A DNA stretch of 63,910 nucleotides, filler included, from Collodictyon triciliatum (Eukaryota), in assembly GCA_043381765.1 (NCBI GenBank). It is 11 parts of 11 records of this genome, joined end to end, with 100 filler letters (N's around TTAATTAATTAA, not from the genome) between each part and the next. Parts side by side here need not be neighbours in the genome. Positions count along the whole stretch, not along the records: positions 13,415 to 20,013 come from JBHJMP010004352.1; positions 20,114 to 26,710 come from JBHJMP010004353.1; positions 26,811 to 33,408 come from JBHJMP010004354.1; 8 more parts are not named here. The stretch is one strand, 5' to 3'. The position numbers and the translations under genes were made by a program. How positions within the stretch are numbered: position 1 is the first letter of the stretch; each line of letters opens with the position of its first letter. Below are positions 13,315 through 26,844 of the stretch, piece after piece. The notes beneath the pieces are model-generated. The model ran no database searches. It saw only the letters and a program-made list of their open reading frames with translations, and was not told the origin of the DNA.

Positions 13315-13414
13315 NNNNNNNNNNNNNNNNNNNNNNNNNNNNNNNNNNNNNNNNNNNNTTAATTAATTAANNNNNNNNNNNNNNNNNNNNNNNNNNNNNN
13401 NNNNNNNNNNNNNN

Positions 13415-13485
13415 GTTTTGTTTTGTTTTGTTTTGTTTTGTTTTGTTTTGTTTTGTTTTGTTTTGTTTTGTTTTGTTTTGTTTTG

Positions 13486-13516
<31 letters not shown>
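13415..13516. repeat. (GTTTT)n microsatellite
   Basis: Read directly. Confidence 0.95.
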
Positions 13517-14085
13517 GATCATTTATATTTTGGATCGATATGAAATGGTTGTGTGGGATTTGTTCTCACAAGAAGTTTTTTTTAGATAAATACAAAGGCC
13601 TGTTTGAATGTTGCTCGCTAAATGTTTAGTCAACACCTACGCATAATTTTATTCCCCTTTATTCCATAGAATCAAGATGAGAGGAGAGAAGCATCTTAAC
13701 GTTCTATGACAGATAAGACACACAGAGTAGATGGGCCAAGATGCAAGCAATAGCCCACACATATCAACCTAAACACTTCGAAGAGTAAAGAGAAGAAAGG
13801 AGAGGAGAGGAGAGGAAAGGGAAGGAAAGGAAACTAAAATCAAAGGCTTTCTTGCGGTGCCTTGCTAACTGTTCAAAATTTTTTTTAATCCATACTATAT
13901 ATATCCGGCCACAACTCGAATCAAACAACGCCAAGAGAGAAAAAAGCGCAGAGACACCGGCCAATTCACAGCAAGTAGAAAATAGAATAGACAAGACAAG
14001 AAAAGAATCTGGCCATAGAGAAGCCGAAGCAAGAGAGCCAGAGGAGACAGCAACACAATAATATCAGCAAGGATTTAAATCTAGG

Positions 14086-15754
14086 ATGAAAGGAAAGAAG
14101 GCAGCCAAACCTACGCAAACGCAACCTGAGGCCATCGAAGTGGCTGCTGAAAAAGCTGTCCGTGCAGAAGAGGTTGTCACACCAAGCAAGGTTGACACTG
14201 AGCCCAAAACTGTAGAGCCGCCATACTCTCTAAAGGTAAACTGCCCTAAGCCTACCAAGAGATGCTATTCGTCTAGGCTCATTTTTCTTCTCTTTTCTTC
14301 TTTTTCTTCTTTTTCTTCTTTTTCTTCTTTTTCTTCTTTTTCTTCTTTTTCTTCTTTTTCTTCTTTTTCTTCTTTTTCTTCTTTTTCTTCTTTTCTTCTT
14401 TTTTCTTCTTTTTTTCTTTACTTCTTTTATTTATACTCAAGCTTTTTTTGTAGTCTCCTCTTCATAATTTAGGTAAGGGCGGTCAAAATAAATGCGTATC
14501 TATATGAACACAGATCAATCGCAAGCGCACTTTCGTCAAGGTCAGCATTACTCTGCATCGCATCCCACACAACTGTATCAACTACGAACCTACGAAAACA
14601 CATGTGTACCTGGATACACTCAAGTATAGCAAAAAGTATCTTTTGAAGTGAGTGTTCTGTTACTATTCCGACTACCTTTTTATGCGTGAAATTCATATTT
14701 TAATTGATTTAATTTATGTGAATGCTTCCGCATCTTTTAAGAGGGCTTTCCATTATAGCGTGCCTTACCCTGAGGGAATTACAGTCGACCTGGACAAGGC
14801 TGAATCAGCCCAACTGGAATATGGTATCCTTTCACAAACAATTCCGATTGTGCAGACAGGTAGCGAACCAAAGTCTGATTTGAAGAAGCCCCTTATTGCT
14901 GTTAAAAAAGGCGGGAAATCAGTTCAGAAAAAGAAACCCAATAACCCTACTAAATCCGTCCCTGGGAAACCAGCTACCTCAAATAAGAGAAAGATGGAGA
15001 AGGTTTTCTTTTCTATTTTTTTTTTAAAAAAAAACGATCAACGATGAAGTATATTGCAGGCAATAAATCGTGTATTATAATGTATACATCTATATCATCA
15101 TAATTTTTGAAATAGAAATATCTCAGCACTTAATAATAAATTTCAAAAATAAGGACGAGAATACGAAAGACGAAGACAAACAACAACAGCCTGCAATCAA
15201 AAAGAAAAAGACACTGGTTTCTGATGTAGTTTTTATTTTATATCGTCTCTTTTAATTTATATGTATATCGCTCGCACCCTGCAAAAAAAAAAAGTGTCCC
15301 TTTTTTTTTTCCCTGGAAGAATGTCACTATCCGCTATTGAACATGTATCTAATTTATTTTTGTCTTTTCCGCCTCAACTAGAAAGATAGCTCGTTGGAGA
15401 TAATGTCATCTATCGTGTCCCAGACAAAAGTCAAAAAGGCAAAGACTTTGAAAGAATTGGTAATAATGATATCGAAAGATTTATGAACAAGTTGGAAAAG
15501 TCTCTCTCTCTCCTTTTCTTCCTTGTTCTGAAACCGTGTGAATGTCATGTATAATCATCTCTTTAGCTCATAAATTATTTTTCAATATGTTTGCTTTTTT
15601 TTTTAAAAAAAATAAAAATAAAATTATCTAGGATGCCAAAGTGCAGAAAGTTTCAGACATCGAAAAAAAGAGAGAGGAGAGAAAGCAGAAAAAGTTGGGG
15701 AAGAAGGTGCAGTGATTATACCTCCTTTTTCTTCTCCTCCTTCTCCTTTTTCTT

Positions 15755-15853
<99 letters not shown>

Positions 15854-16105
15854 CCATAATTATAATTCCCTCTGTATATCTTGTTCGAGAAAGTGATCTT
15901 GCACGCATGACTTTTTTTTCTAAAAAAAAAAAAAAACAAGATAATTTTCTTTATCGTAATATTTATCATTAACGCGCCCATCGCGTGTGTCTTTTTATGC
16001 TTACAGCAACGCTTCATGGACGATGTTATGGAAACTATCAAAAAGAAAAAATCCGTCAAGAAGCTGCCTGCCTCGGAAAATCGCCGCAAAGTTTCTTTCC
16101 AATAA
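14086..16105 (+). CDS. Lys-rich protein with an HSP20/alpha-crystallin-like domain and C-terminal RRKVSF, about 7 exons
   Basis: MKGKKAAK...PPYSLK|INRKRTFVKVSITLHRIP...KKYLLN|VPYPEGITVDLDKAESAQLEYGILSQTIP (ACD-like AxLxxGxL), then Lys-rich exons, ending QRFMDDVMETIKKKKSVKKLPASENRRKVSFQ* (TAA 16103-16105). Confidence 0.7.
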
Positions 16106-16694
16106 AGAGATTCAATCATGCTAATGGAAGAATAAAAAATAATTTCCCTTTTTTTGTGCTCTCATATGATTATCTGTTTGTCTTTTTTTTCTTTTTCTTT
16201 TTTTTTCATCCTGTGCTTGCAAATGTCCAAACGCGCTCTGTCCGTCTAGGGAAGTTATACCAACAACCCCGCAGATTCGCGAGCAAGTCTGTCTCCTCCC
16301 TGACTGACTTGCCAAAGACCCACAACTCCCTATATTCTCCAGATATGTCACCCTCGCCGCAGATTCAACAATTCAAAAATTCAAACATTCAATTTTCTCA
16401 GGGCACACACCCAACCCCAACACGAAGCTACATAAACAAACAGCCACTCCCACGACACATACACAACGATCTTTAATCCACAAAGCCGGACGCGTCGACA
16501 CACCACCGCGAGAGGAAAGAGAGAAGGAAGCCAACTCTTGCACAATGCCGAAAAGACCCGCAAATCTGGAGAGAGAGAGAGAGAGAGAGATAAAAAGAAC
16601 ATCGCACACAAACGAATTATAGCGAAAATAAAACAACACGTGGCAAAACAACAGATAGCCCCAAAGACCGCCTCACGGACCCACGACAGAGAGC

Positions 16695-19600
16695 ATGTCC
16701 GGCCGGCCGCCTCCAGGAAACTACATAGTGGGATACGTGCCACAGCCACAGCCACAGCCACAGCCACAGCCACAGCCACAGCCACAGCCACAGGCGATTG
16801 GCGGGCCGTCCCCGACGCGTGGGGGCCAGGGGCCGGCAGCAGGGCCGCAGGGCAGCGATCAAGGGCGGCGCATCAAGTCGTACCAGCTGGAGCGAGTGCT
16901 GGGGAAGGGGTCGTACGGGACGGTGTACCTTGCGCGACACACGGGGACGAACGAGCTGCTTGCGGCCAAGACCTTCACGCTGGGGCCCACGGCCGACGCC
17001 ATGGAGCTGGAGCGCATCCGGCGCGAGGAGCGTGCGCTGCAGCTGCTGGACGGCCACCCGCACATCATCCGCCTGCGCGACCGGGCGGAGGAGAAGTTTC
17101 TCACGCAGCCCCACACGTACGCACCACAGCCACAGCCACAGCCACAGCCACAGCCACAGCCACAGCCACAGTCGCAACTGGGCACCAAGATCTTCCTGTT
17201 CCTGGAGTACGCGCCGCGGGGCGATCTGCTGCAGCACACGCGGCGCCTGACGCGGCTGCCCGAGGCGGAGGCGCAGCGGCTGATGCGGCAGCTGGTGGAG
17301 GCGGTGGCCTTCTGCCACGCGCGCAAGGTCGTGCACAGGGACCTCAAGCTGGAAAACATCCTCCTGGACGAGCGCCTCGACGTCAAGCTCACGGACTTTG
17401 GCCTGTGCAACTTCTTCCAGGGCGCCGGCGGCGACGTCGACCCCATCCGCACGCTCTGCGGGTCCGCCGTCTACGCCGCCCCGGAGATCGTCCTGGGCCA
17501 CCCCTACACCCCCGCCGTCGACATCTGGACCCTGGGCGTCATCCTCTTTGCCCTCCTCAACGGCTACTTCCCCTTCGACGACGACAACATGAGCAGGCTC
17601 AACGCAAAGATCATCAGCGGCCTCTACCAGACCCCGCTCCACGCATCCCCGCTCGCCACAGACCTGATCCGCCGCATCCTCCAGCCCGACCTCAAGCACC
17701 GCATCACCATCGACGCCATCCTTGCCCACGACTGGCTCCGTCCGCCCGGCTCCCTGCCTCCTGCTGTCGAAGGTACGGCTCACGTCTCTTTTTCTTTTTT
17801 CTTTTTCTTTTTCTATTTCTATTTCTATTTCTATTTCTATTTCTTTTTATATTTCTATTTCTATGTCTTTTCTTTTCTTTTCTTTTCTTTTCTTTTCCCT
17901 CTTTTTTTTTTTCTCTCTCTCTCTCCCTCCTTTTTTTTCTCCTCTCTGGCTTTGTTCGGCCGCCTATCCCTTTCTTCTAGGCTCTGTCTTTATTCTATTG
18001 GTCGAGAGGAGGTTCATGAAGGGGGGAAACAACAGAGAGGAAATCGAGTGTATTGATATAGAGAGAGAGGGAGAGAAAAAAAAAGGAACATGTTCTTACA
18101 GCTTAACATTGACTCGATACTCCGTTCTGTCGCTTTCGGGCAACCCCACTGTTTGCTTCTCCTTATTATTTTTTCTTCTTCTATACCCTCATAATGTTTT
18201 CCCCCTCTATTCAAACTAGGCCCGAAAGTTGATGTCAGTCCATCTGTAGTGCCGCCCTGGGGCCAAAAGCTAATGACGGAGTGTGAGTCCCGAATTATTC
18301 TTTTACTCTCCCTTATATAATTCCAATCCTCTCTTCATCCCTTACTATGTAGCAATCACTATCAATTGAATTGATAGTCATTACAGTTATCGATGGTTAT
18401 TTTAAATTAGCGTCATCATCGAAACTTCTTAAATCTAAGCAATAACAGTTGAAGAAAACATTCATGCTGGGATTCATTAGAAAAAGAAAGAAAGAAAAAA
18501 AAAGACACAAGCTCGCCCTCACAACTTCTAATAAAAAAAAATTAATTTCTTCCATTAGTTGAGAATATGAAGAAATTGGTGGAAACTCTTCAGAAACAGC
18601 ACGAGAAGAGTCTGGCGGATCTGGCCAAATCGGAAAAGGAGCAAGAAAGGCTGACTAAGGAGCTTGGTGATTTAAGAAAGGAGACAGAACAGACAAAAAG
18701 AGACCTTCACGAAGCACTGCGCTCCAATGCCTCCGGCCTGCAAGATCTCCGGAAGGATTTGGCTGGTGTCTCAGCCCCACTGGCGGAGGTGAGGCCGCAA
18801 CTATCCAGAATCCCTGTCCTCGCTGATAAGGTGGAAGACCTCCTCGTTTTCAGACAATCCATCGACCGCCGCAACGCAAATATCATTCAGAGAGTGGAAG
18901 CCCTCGAGGACATATCCAACGTCACAACGAATGGCCAGAGAAAGATGGACCTTGACCTGAAACAACTTCGCGAAAACGTGGAACTTACAAAGCAGCAGCA
19001 CTCAGACTCTGAAAATTGCGCATTGGTGGAGCTCCTGAAGCAGGCTAGTGCTCTCTACCAGGCTTTGGAAAGCAAACTCGTGGAATTTAGTAGCCAAATA
19101 TCGGACAAGATGAATCACCTTAACAGCAAAGTCGATACCATTTCTGCCGTCACCCAACAAATGCAGTCGGGTAGCTCCTTAGCTCTGGAACAGCTCAAAT
19201 CAAAGCTGGTGGCCTTGGAATCCCACTTGAATCGCAAGGTGGAACAAATGAACGAGCTTTCTGTTGGTCAAGATGAACTCGTCTCTGTCAGAGACTTGGT
19301 GGACAATCATGTTGCCGTGAGCCAGATGCAGATATCCAGCATCTTTGTCACTATTCAGTCTCTAGAAACTAAAGTCATGGAGGTGGAAGCAACCACAAAT
19401 ATGGACAAATACATCAAAGCCATGGAGGCAATTGACTCCTTCATCAAAGACCACATCCTAATCTACGAGAAATTTGAGCAAAAGTTCTTTGGAATCGAAG
19501 AAACCCTTTCCACGCTATCTGAGACTCAGAAGCCCGTCACTGAAAAGCCGAAGGTAACTGAGAAGGAAGTGTCATCTGACTCTCACAAATCACTCAACTC

Positions 19601-19853
19601 TGCTTGGAACACCAGTGCCCAGTCCGTCTTGACAATCTTTGGTCAAGATATCGAGCGTCTCAAGGCATCTATCTCTGAATTGACCCAAAAGGTCAATGAG
19701 ATTTCCCTCAACCCAGAAGTGAGCCTTGCAGATCACACAGAGAAAATCAAGGCAGAAACCGTGGCATCAGTGCAGACAACGTTGTCCTCACGCTTGCAAG
19801 TCGTTGAAGAGCGTATGAATGCTGAAAAGGAGCTTCAAGATAACGAAATGATA
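16695..19853 (+). CDS. CAMK-group (AMPK/MARK/SNF1-related) Ser/Thr kinase with a long C-terminal coiled coil; 3'-incomplete
   Basis: Exon 1 (16695-17773) has GKGSYG, AAK, HRDLKLEN, DFG, TLCGSAVYAAPE, DIWTLGV and HRITID. A short exon at ~18220-18282 splices in phase to the ~430-aa heptad-rich exon 18559-19853. Confidence 0.9.
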
Positions 19854-19911
19854 GTAATTGTTTTTTTTTAAAAAAATATTTATTTTACCTATTCCTTTTC
19901 TTTCTATACAC

Positions 19912-19947
<36 letters not shown>

Positions 19948-20013
19948 ATGTATGTATGTATGTATGTATGTATGTATGTATGTATGTATGTATGTATGTA
20001 TGTATGTATGTAT
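19912..20013. repeat. (GT)n then (TATG)n microsatellite
   Basis: Read directly. Confidence 0.95.
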
Positions 20014-20844
20014 NNNNNNNNNNNNNNNNNNNNNNNNNNNNNNNNNNNNNNNNNNNNTTAATTAATTAANNNNNNNNNNNNNNNNNNNNNNNNNNNNNNN
20101 NNNNNNNNNNNNNGACACATCAAGCCATGAAGGAAAAGCAAGACACGATGTCAGGGACCTCATCCATATCACGCCTCTGCAGCCAAATATACTCCACGTA
20201 CCGAAACCAATCCAGCAAACAAACAATGACAGATTGCTCAAAGCCGCACTCGCGAAACACATCGCCTGTTGGGTCCACCCGCAACTCAGATGATGGGCCC
20301 TGCAACCAACCTCTCTCCACCGAATAGGCTGCACACAACTCTCCTGCGTCGTCCGTCTGATTACGTGTCTATACCTAAGCAACCTCACCTACCTCTAATG
20401 ACTCTTCGCATCAGAACTGCAAGCCCGAGAAGCAAGAAGAAAAAAAAAGTACCAGGGAAAGAAAATAATGATGATGAAGAAGAAAAGAATTGTTTATCGA
20501 CCCAGCGCACAATATCAAGCGTGATAGCATACACCCCACTCTATCCCACAGACACAGTCTTGTATTATCTTATCTTATCTTCACCAACCCACCACTCACT
20601 CCGATGCACTCTGCCATGAGATTCCAATACTGTCTCGTGAGCCAGATTCTACCCAGCCAACAAAACTGTCCTGTCTACGAACATGAGCGAAAATATCACC
20701 ATCATCATCATCATCATCATACATATATTGCTCTTTGTTTCCAACGGAAAATCAAAGATATAAAACAAAACAAAACAGAAAAGAGAAGAAAAGAAAGAAC
20801 AAAAAAAAAAAAACACGAAACAGCCATAGATCGTGAGTGCGTAG

Positions 20845-23800
20845 ATGAAACCTGGCTTTGCGCGCAGCACCAAGCGCTCTTCCACGCCGGAACACACACG
20901 AAGCGGCGCCGATCCGCCGCCCTTTGCCTTGTCGCCTGCACAGAGCGCGTCGCCAAACACGGCCGCCGAATCCGTTGTGCACCGAACCGGCCGCTTTGCC
21001 TCGGCCACGCGCCGCTCGGCCGCCGGCCACGATCGCCTCAGCAGCGACTCCGAACCGGATCACGCAGCCTCACGCGAAGCAGCCGCGTCCGCAGGCGGAC
21101 CCCACACGCAGAAACCGAGGCACTCGGCCGACCGCTTCTCGATCTTCCACCCGGCTGCCGTCCTGTCCAAGTCGCTGCATCGCTGGCAGAGGGCCGATCT
21201 CAGCTCGCTGAGCCCCACGGGCAGCCGCCGGCCGCGGTCGCACACGAAGGAGCGGGCGATGCAGATGCGTCATCTGGGCGGGCCCTTGGGCTCTGATGAT
21301 GACATCAGTGATGGTGATGGTGATGGTGATGATGGTGGTGATGATGATGATGATGATGATAATCACCATCTTGGCGACGATGATGAGAAGGCTCTGCTCA
21401 GACCAAACGTCGACAGAGACCCCAAGTGGCCCGCGGCATCAGGCTCGGCCGCGCCGCGCGAGACAGCCGCCCCCAGCGTCCGGGCGTTTGCGTGGCTCTG
21501 GTGCGTCCTGTGCAGCCCGCTTCTGCTGCTCGGCAAGGCGCTTGTCTCCGCCTTGGCCTGCGTCTGCGGCCGCGCGCAGCTTCGTGGGTGCAGACGCTGC
21601 GGGTCGGCTGCGCACTTGTGGAGGCGCATTGGCGGCTGGTGCTATCTGTCCTCGGGGACACCGCTGACCAAGCGCCATGTCATCCGCGCGCTTCTGCAGG
21701 CGATGCTGCCCAGCCCCGGATCCCTGCCGCACTGGATGGCCAAGATCCTGATGATCCCGCTCACGGCCGAGTCTGGCCGCACCGTGCCTCTGCCCATGTG
21801 CCGGTCCAGGATCTTCCGCAGCGGCATGGCTCAGGCCGGCAACCAGACGCTGATGCAGTCCATCACCGGAAACAGCGCCCGCTCGCCGAAGGCCGGTCCT
21901 GCAAAGTCGTCGCCTCCGCCTTCATCGCCGGCCGCAACTCGTCTCGAGCCTGCGGGCTCGCTGGACTCGCTTACTGTAAAGGGCTTGGCCGCTGATTTTG
22001 GTGGCGATCTTGATGCAGAGTTTGCTGCCGAAGGCTACAAGCCGGGCTCTGGCCTGAGGAGGAAAGTGGTGTTTGGTGCAGGCTCGGCGACGCGGTATGA
22101 CTATGTGGAGCTGAGTCAGAAGAACGGTACAGATTCTGTGTATGTGGACGTCTCTGATGACCAGAGCGAGGACGAGCAGGATTGGCCTGGGGAAGGATAC
22201 TTTGATATCAACACTCATCCGGCCTTGCATCCGGATGACTACCCTGTCAATGTGGTTCGCAACCAAAAGTATCGCCCCTTGACCTTCCTTTTCGTCGTCT
22301 TATATGAACAATTTAAGTTCTTTTTCAATCTGTACTTTTTGCTAGTAGCTTTGACTCAATTCATACCGGCGTTGCAGATAGGTTAATTTATGAATTTATT
22401 ATTATTATTATTACCATACTCAAGTACTATAAATGATTCATTATGTATAAATATAAAAGAGGGTCATTTTTATGAATTGGTTATTATCTTCTGTGTGGCT
22501 TTATTCAGCATGCTAGTTTTGTTTAATTGCAAAAAAATGTCTGCATATAACTACATAGATGATTTCATTAGAAAAAATTTTAAAAATATTTTTTTTCTCT
22601 CACTCACTTTTTTTGTATCTACATATATTTATTTATTTATTTATTTTAGGATTCTTGTTCACATATCTCGCTCCGTTGATGTTTGTGCTGGCTGTTACCA
22701 TTAGCAAGGAAGCATATGATGATTACAAAAGATATCAACGCGATAAAGAGGCAAACTCTCAAATGTACGAATGCTTAACAAAAGATGGTATTATTAGCAA
22801 ACCATCTGCGTCTTTAATTGTCGGCGATTTGGTCATCGTCCATACAAATCAGAGGGTGATTTTTATTTCATAAATATACGCTTATCTTATATTTTCTGGT
22901 TAACTTTTTTTTTTTTTGATTCCTTGGTCATTATTATACAGAACGTAAGTCATCGTTTTTTTTTTTAAATTTCTTAAGTGAATTCATTAACACCATGGAA
23001 ATTATTGATGTGTAAACAGATACCAGCTGATCTGATAATGCTCCGGACTACTGAAAAAGCAGGCGCATCCTTTATTAGAACTGATCAGCTTGATGGAGAG
23101 ACAGATTGGAAACTTAGGTAGGAATGTGTCACTTTTCAAAACAAAACAGCTTTCAGATATTAACATTCATTCATGATGTACAGACACTGTGTTTCATCAT
23201 GCCAAAAGTTATCCACAGATGAGCAACTTCTTACGCTCGACGGGGCAGCCGCAGGTATCGAATTGTTTGTTTATTTGTTTGTTTGTTTGTTTTCAAAAGA
23301 AAAATTATCTTTATCATGAATTTTATATATGTCCTTGCATTAGCCGTTGTCTTCATCTCAAATTGTTTTGTTTTGTTTTGTTTTGTTTGATTTTGTTTGA
23401 TTGTAATCCAATTGAATTTCGTCAACCATTTGTATTCGTTTATCCTTGGTCTGCACTTTTTTTTTAAACCTCAATGGTATCAATTTTTTCATACAAACCT
23501 TTATTTTTGTAACCATAGTAACATATATTGATTACCAATTCATCACAATTTAATATTAAATTCAATAATCACAATGTATAAATCATTAGTGGAGCAGCCG
23601 TCTAAAGAGATTTACAACTTTGTCGGAACTTTCTCCAGATTTTGCCCTTTTGAAGGAGTTTGCAATAATTTTTTTTTTTCATCTCTGAAGATTTTTTTTA
23701 TCATGATTAAAACTAGACTTGCTTATTCCTTGATTCCTAGATTTTTTTTCTTCGCTTATTGCGTTTTTTCCCCCAAAATATTTTGATTATTTTCCTTCAC

Positions 23801-25401
23801 TCTCCTTTTACTTATTTTTAAAACTTCTCCATATTTCAGAAATACACATCTGAGTCACTGAGCTTGGAGAACACCCTATGGGCAAACACTGTTCTAGCAT
23901 CCGGTCACGTCGTCGGACTAGTCATATATACTGGTTCAGAGACAAGAACAGCTATGAATACATCGATGCCCTCTACTAAGGTTGGACTTCTTGATCAAGA
24001 ACTGAACCAGATATCGAAGGTACGTTCACTATCTCAGTATTTTATTTCAATTTATTTTCTCATCAAGCTGATATCATCCTTGAAAGAAGGAAAGAAGAAA
24101 ATATACATTGACAATGCTCTCTTCATACTTGCATCATACCAACAATTAAGTAAAACTCGAAAATCGTAGGTTTTATTCTGCGTGACAGTTACGCTGGCGC
24201 TTATTTTAATCAGCATGAAAGGATTTAGCGGAATATGGCACATTTACTTATTCCGATTTGTACTTCTTTTCTCCTCGATAATTCCAATCAGTTTAAGGGT
24301 TAACCTTGACATGGGAAAAACAGTTTACAGGTTCATATTAAAGCATCTCTATTTTGTATTCTCACATCCCAACATTTTTTCTTGTATCGTTCGGAATTTA
24401 ATGATTAACATCGCTATGGCATAATTCTTCTTCAGAGTCTTTGTTTATTCTACACTTTAAATATAATACCTAACTTTCTCAATCATTTAGCTCTATGATA
24501 ATGAACGACAAAACTATACCCAATACTATTGTAAGGACGAGCACTATCCCAGAAGAACTTGGTCGAATATCTTATCTTCTTAGCGATAAAACTGGAACTT
24601 TAACAAAGAACGGTCTATCCTCCGATTATATATATATATATATTTGCTCTTTTGATTAATCTATTAAAAAGATAGCACATATAAATCACAGTTTCAGAGG
24701 TTTTATACATCTTTACTCTGTTCGTGACATTTACTAGCGAATAGAACCATCATAATATCATAATTATCTACATAGCAGTGTATATTAATATACTTTTAAT
24801 ATCAAATACACTTATGCCAATCTGATAAAAAAAAATTAAAAAATTGATATTCATAATGGATCCCGTGGGGATAACACAACAGAGATGATTTTTAAGAGAC
24901 TGCATGTCGGTTCTACCCTGTTCTCAACCAACGCTGTGGAGGATGTCAGCTCGAATCTTATTGAATCCTTCAATGAAAAGCCAGAAAAAAGTATTCAATC
25001 AGAAAGAGAAAATATTCAATTTACCCGTACAAACATATCGGTTATTTTTTTCTTTTTCCTTTTCTTTTCTCAACTTTCGTAGACCCTGCTCTTCTACGTC
25101 GAAACACCCCTATGCAAGTAAGAAATGCCATATATGCGCTTGCTCTTTGTCATAGCGTTACCCCTGTTTATGAAGGGTTTGAATCAAAAGAAGGGTGAGA
25201 AATTACTTCAAATACTGTTATTTTCTGCTTATATTGTTCCTAATTTTGCTTTAAGGAATGTCCATAAAAAAAAATCCAAAATATGTCTCATTTTCCATAA
25301 AGATTTACCATCGATGAGCTCACCAAAGATGAGAAACTGATGACTGATAAGGTTTATCACGCATGTTCCCCAGATGAAATCGCTCTTGTGAAGGTTTTCT
25401 A

Positions 25402-25497
<96 letters not shown>

Positions 25498-26573
25498 CCT
25501 ATCTTTTTTTTTATTCTTCCTTTCAACTTTTATGCAGGACCGAGGTTTATTATACATATCTTAAAAAGAGAAAAAAAGAAACAATATGATAGACTCTTTT
25601 GCAAAACTATCAAGATTTAGTTAGCAACACGTACTTATGCAGAAATTTAAGCCTCTATTTATAATGCTCGATATAACCACATTAATATGACTTAAAATTC
25701 TGATTATTTTTTTTAAAAAAAAAAGTTTGCTGAATCTGTGGGGTTATCATTAATACATCGCACAACATCAGAGATTTTTATTAAAAATCCCAAAGGCGAT
25801 GTAGAAGTACTTTTTATTCATTTTTTCTATTTTAACAAAAGACTCATTCTTACCGTATCGGTTGCGGGGTGTCTGAAGGATTTTTATTATCAAGTCGTAT
25901 TCTAATCCAATTGCATCCATTCTAGTCTTTTGAAATATTGAACATTTTTCCGTTTACATCTGAAACCAAGCGAATGGGGATAATTATTCGCGAGATAAAG
26001 ACAAACAGGTGACAATATCATCTATCGCCCTCTTTCCAAACGTGCACAATAATCAGAACGATAACAAAAATGACTGTCATAATCATATTAAATGCAACTA
26101 TTTGATAACTCCCTTTTCTCCTCCTTCCTTTTTATATTGTTGTTACCAGAATTATCTTCTATATGAAAGGGGCCGATGCAGTTATGTCCCCACTTGTTGA
26201 AGAAAATGACTGGCTTGTTGAGGAATGCGGAAATATGGCCAGAAATGGACTTCGTACGCTTGTTTTTGGGAAGAAAATTCTATCGGAGGAGGCATATATG
26301 AGATTTTCTCAAAGGTTTTATTTTATATAAAATAAAATATTCTATTCTCATCATATACATATTGAAGGCTGATTGAAAAACAGAAAAATAATAAGTGTAC
26401 AACAAAAGAGAAATTTCTTATTTTTACTAAAATTGTTTCTTTATTTTTAAACCAGATACTCTCAAGCAAAAGCAACTCTTGAAAACCGAAACGCTAATGT
26501 TCGAGCTGTGATCGACAGTATTGAGAATGATTTAGAGCTCGTTTGTTTAACTGGAGTGGAAGATCTGTTACAG
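20845..26573 (+). CDS. NEO1: P4-ATPase phospholipid flippase, ATP9/NEO1 subfamily; 3'-incomplete
   Basis: NVVRNQKY...[53 protein letters not shown] (~23080-23117), [36 protein letters not shown] (DKTG at 24585), [29 protein letters not shown] and TGVEDLLQ. Confidence 0.95.
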
Positions 26574-26844
26574 GTTTCTTTTTGCTTTTTTTTTGTTTTT
26601 TGTTTTTTGTTTATGTTTTGTTTTTGTTTTTGTTTTTGTTTTTGTTTTTGTTTTTGTTTTTGTTTTTGTTTTTGTTTTTGTTTTTGTTTTTGTTTTTGTT
26701 TTTGTTTTTGNNNNNNNNNNNNNNNNNNNNNNNNNNNNNNNNNNNNNNNNNNNNTTAATTAATTAANNNNNNNNNNNNNNNNNNNNNNNNNNNNNNNNNN
26801 NNNNNNNNNNGTTTTTTTTGTTTTTGTTTTATTCTTTGGTGTCG

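Noticed and set aside
16538-17980. Long alternative-frame and antisense ORFs over the kinase exon (also over the flippase and F-box exons)
   Set aside because: These are shadow ORFs expected from GC-rich coding sequence; only one frame has family motifs.
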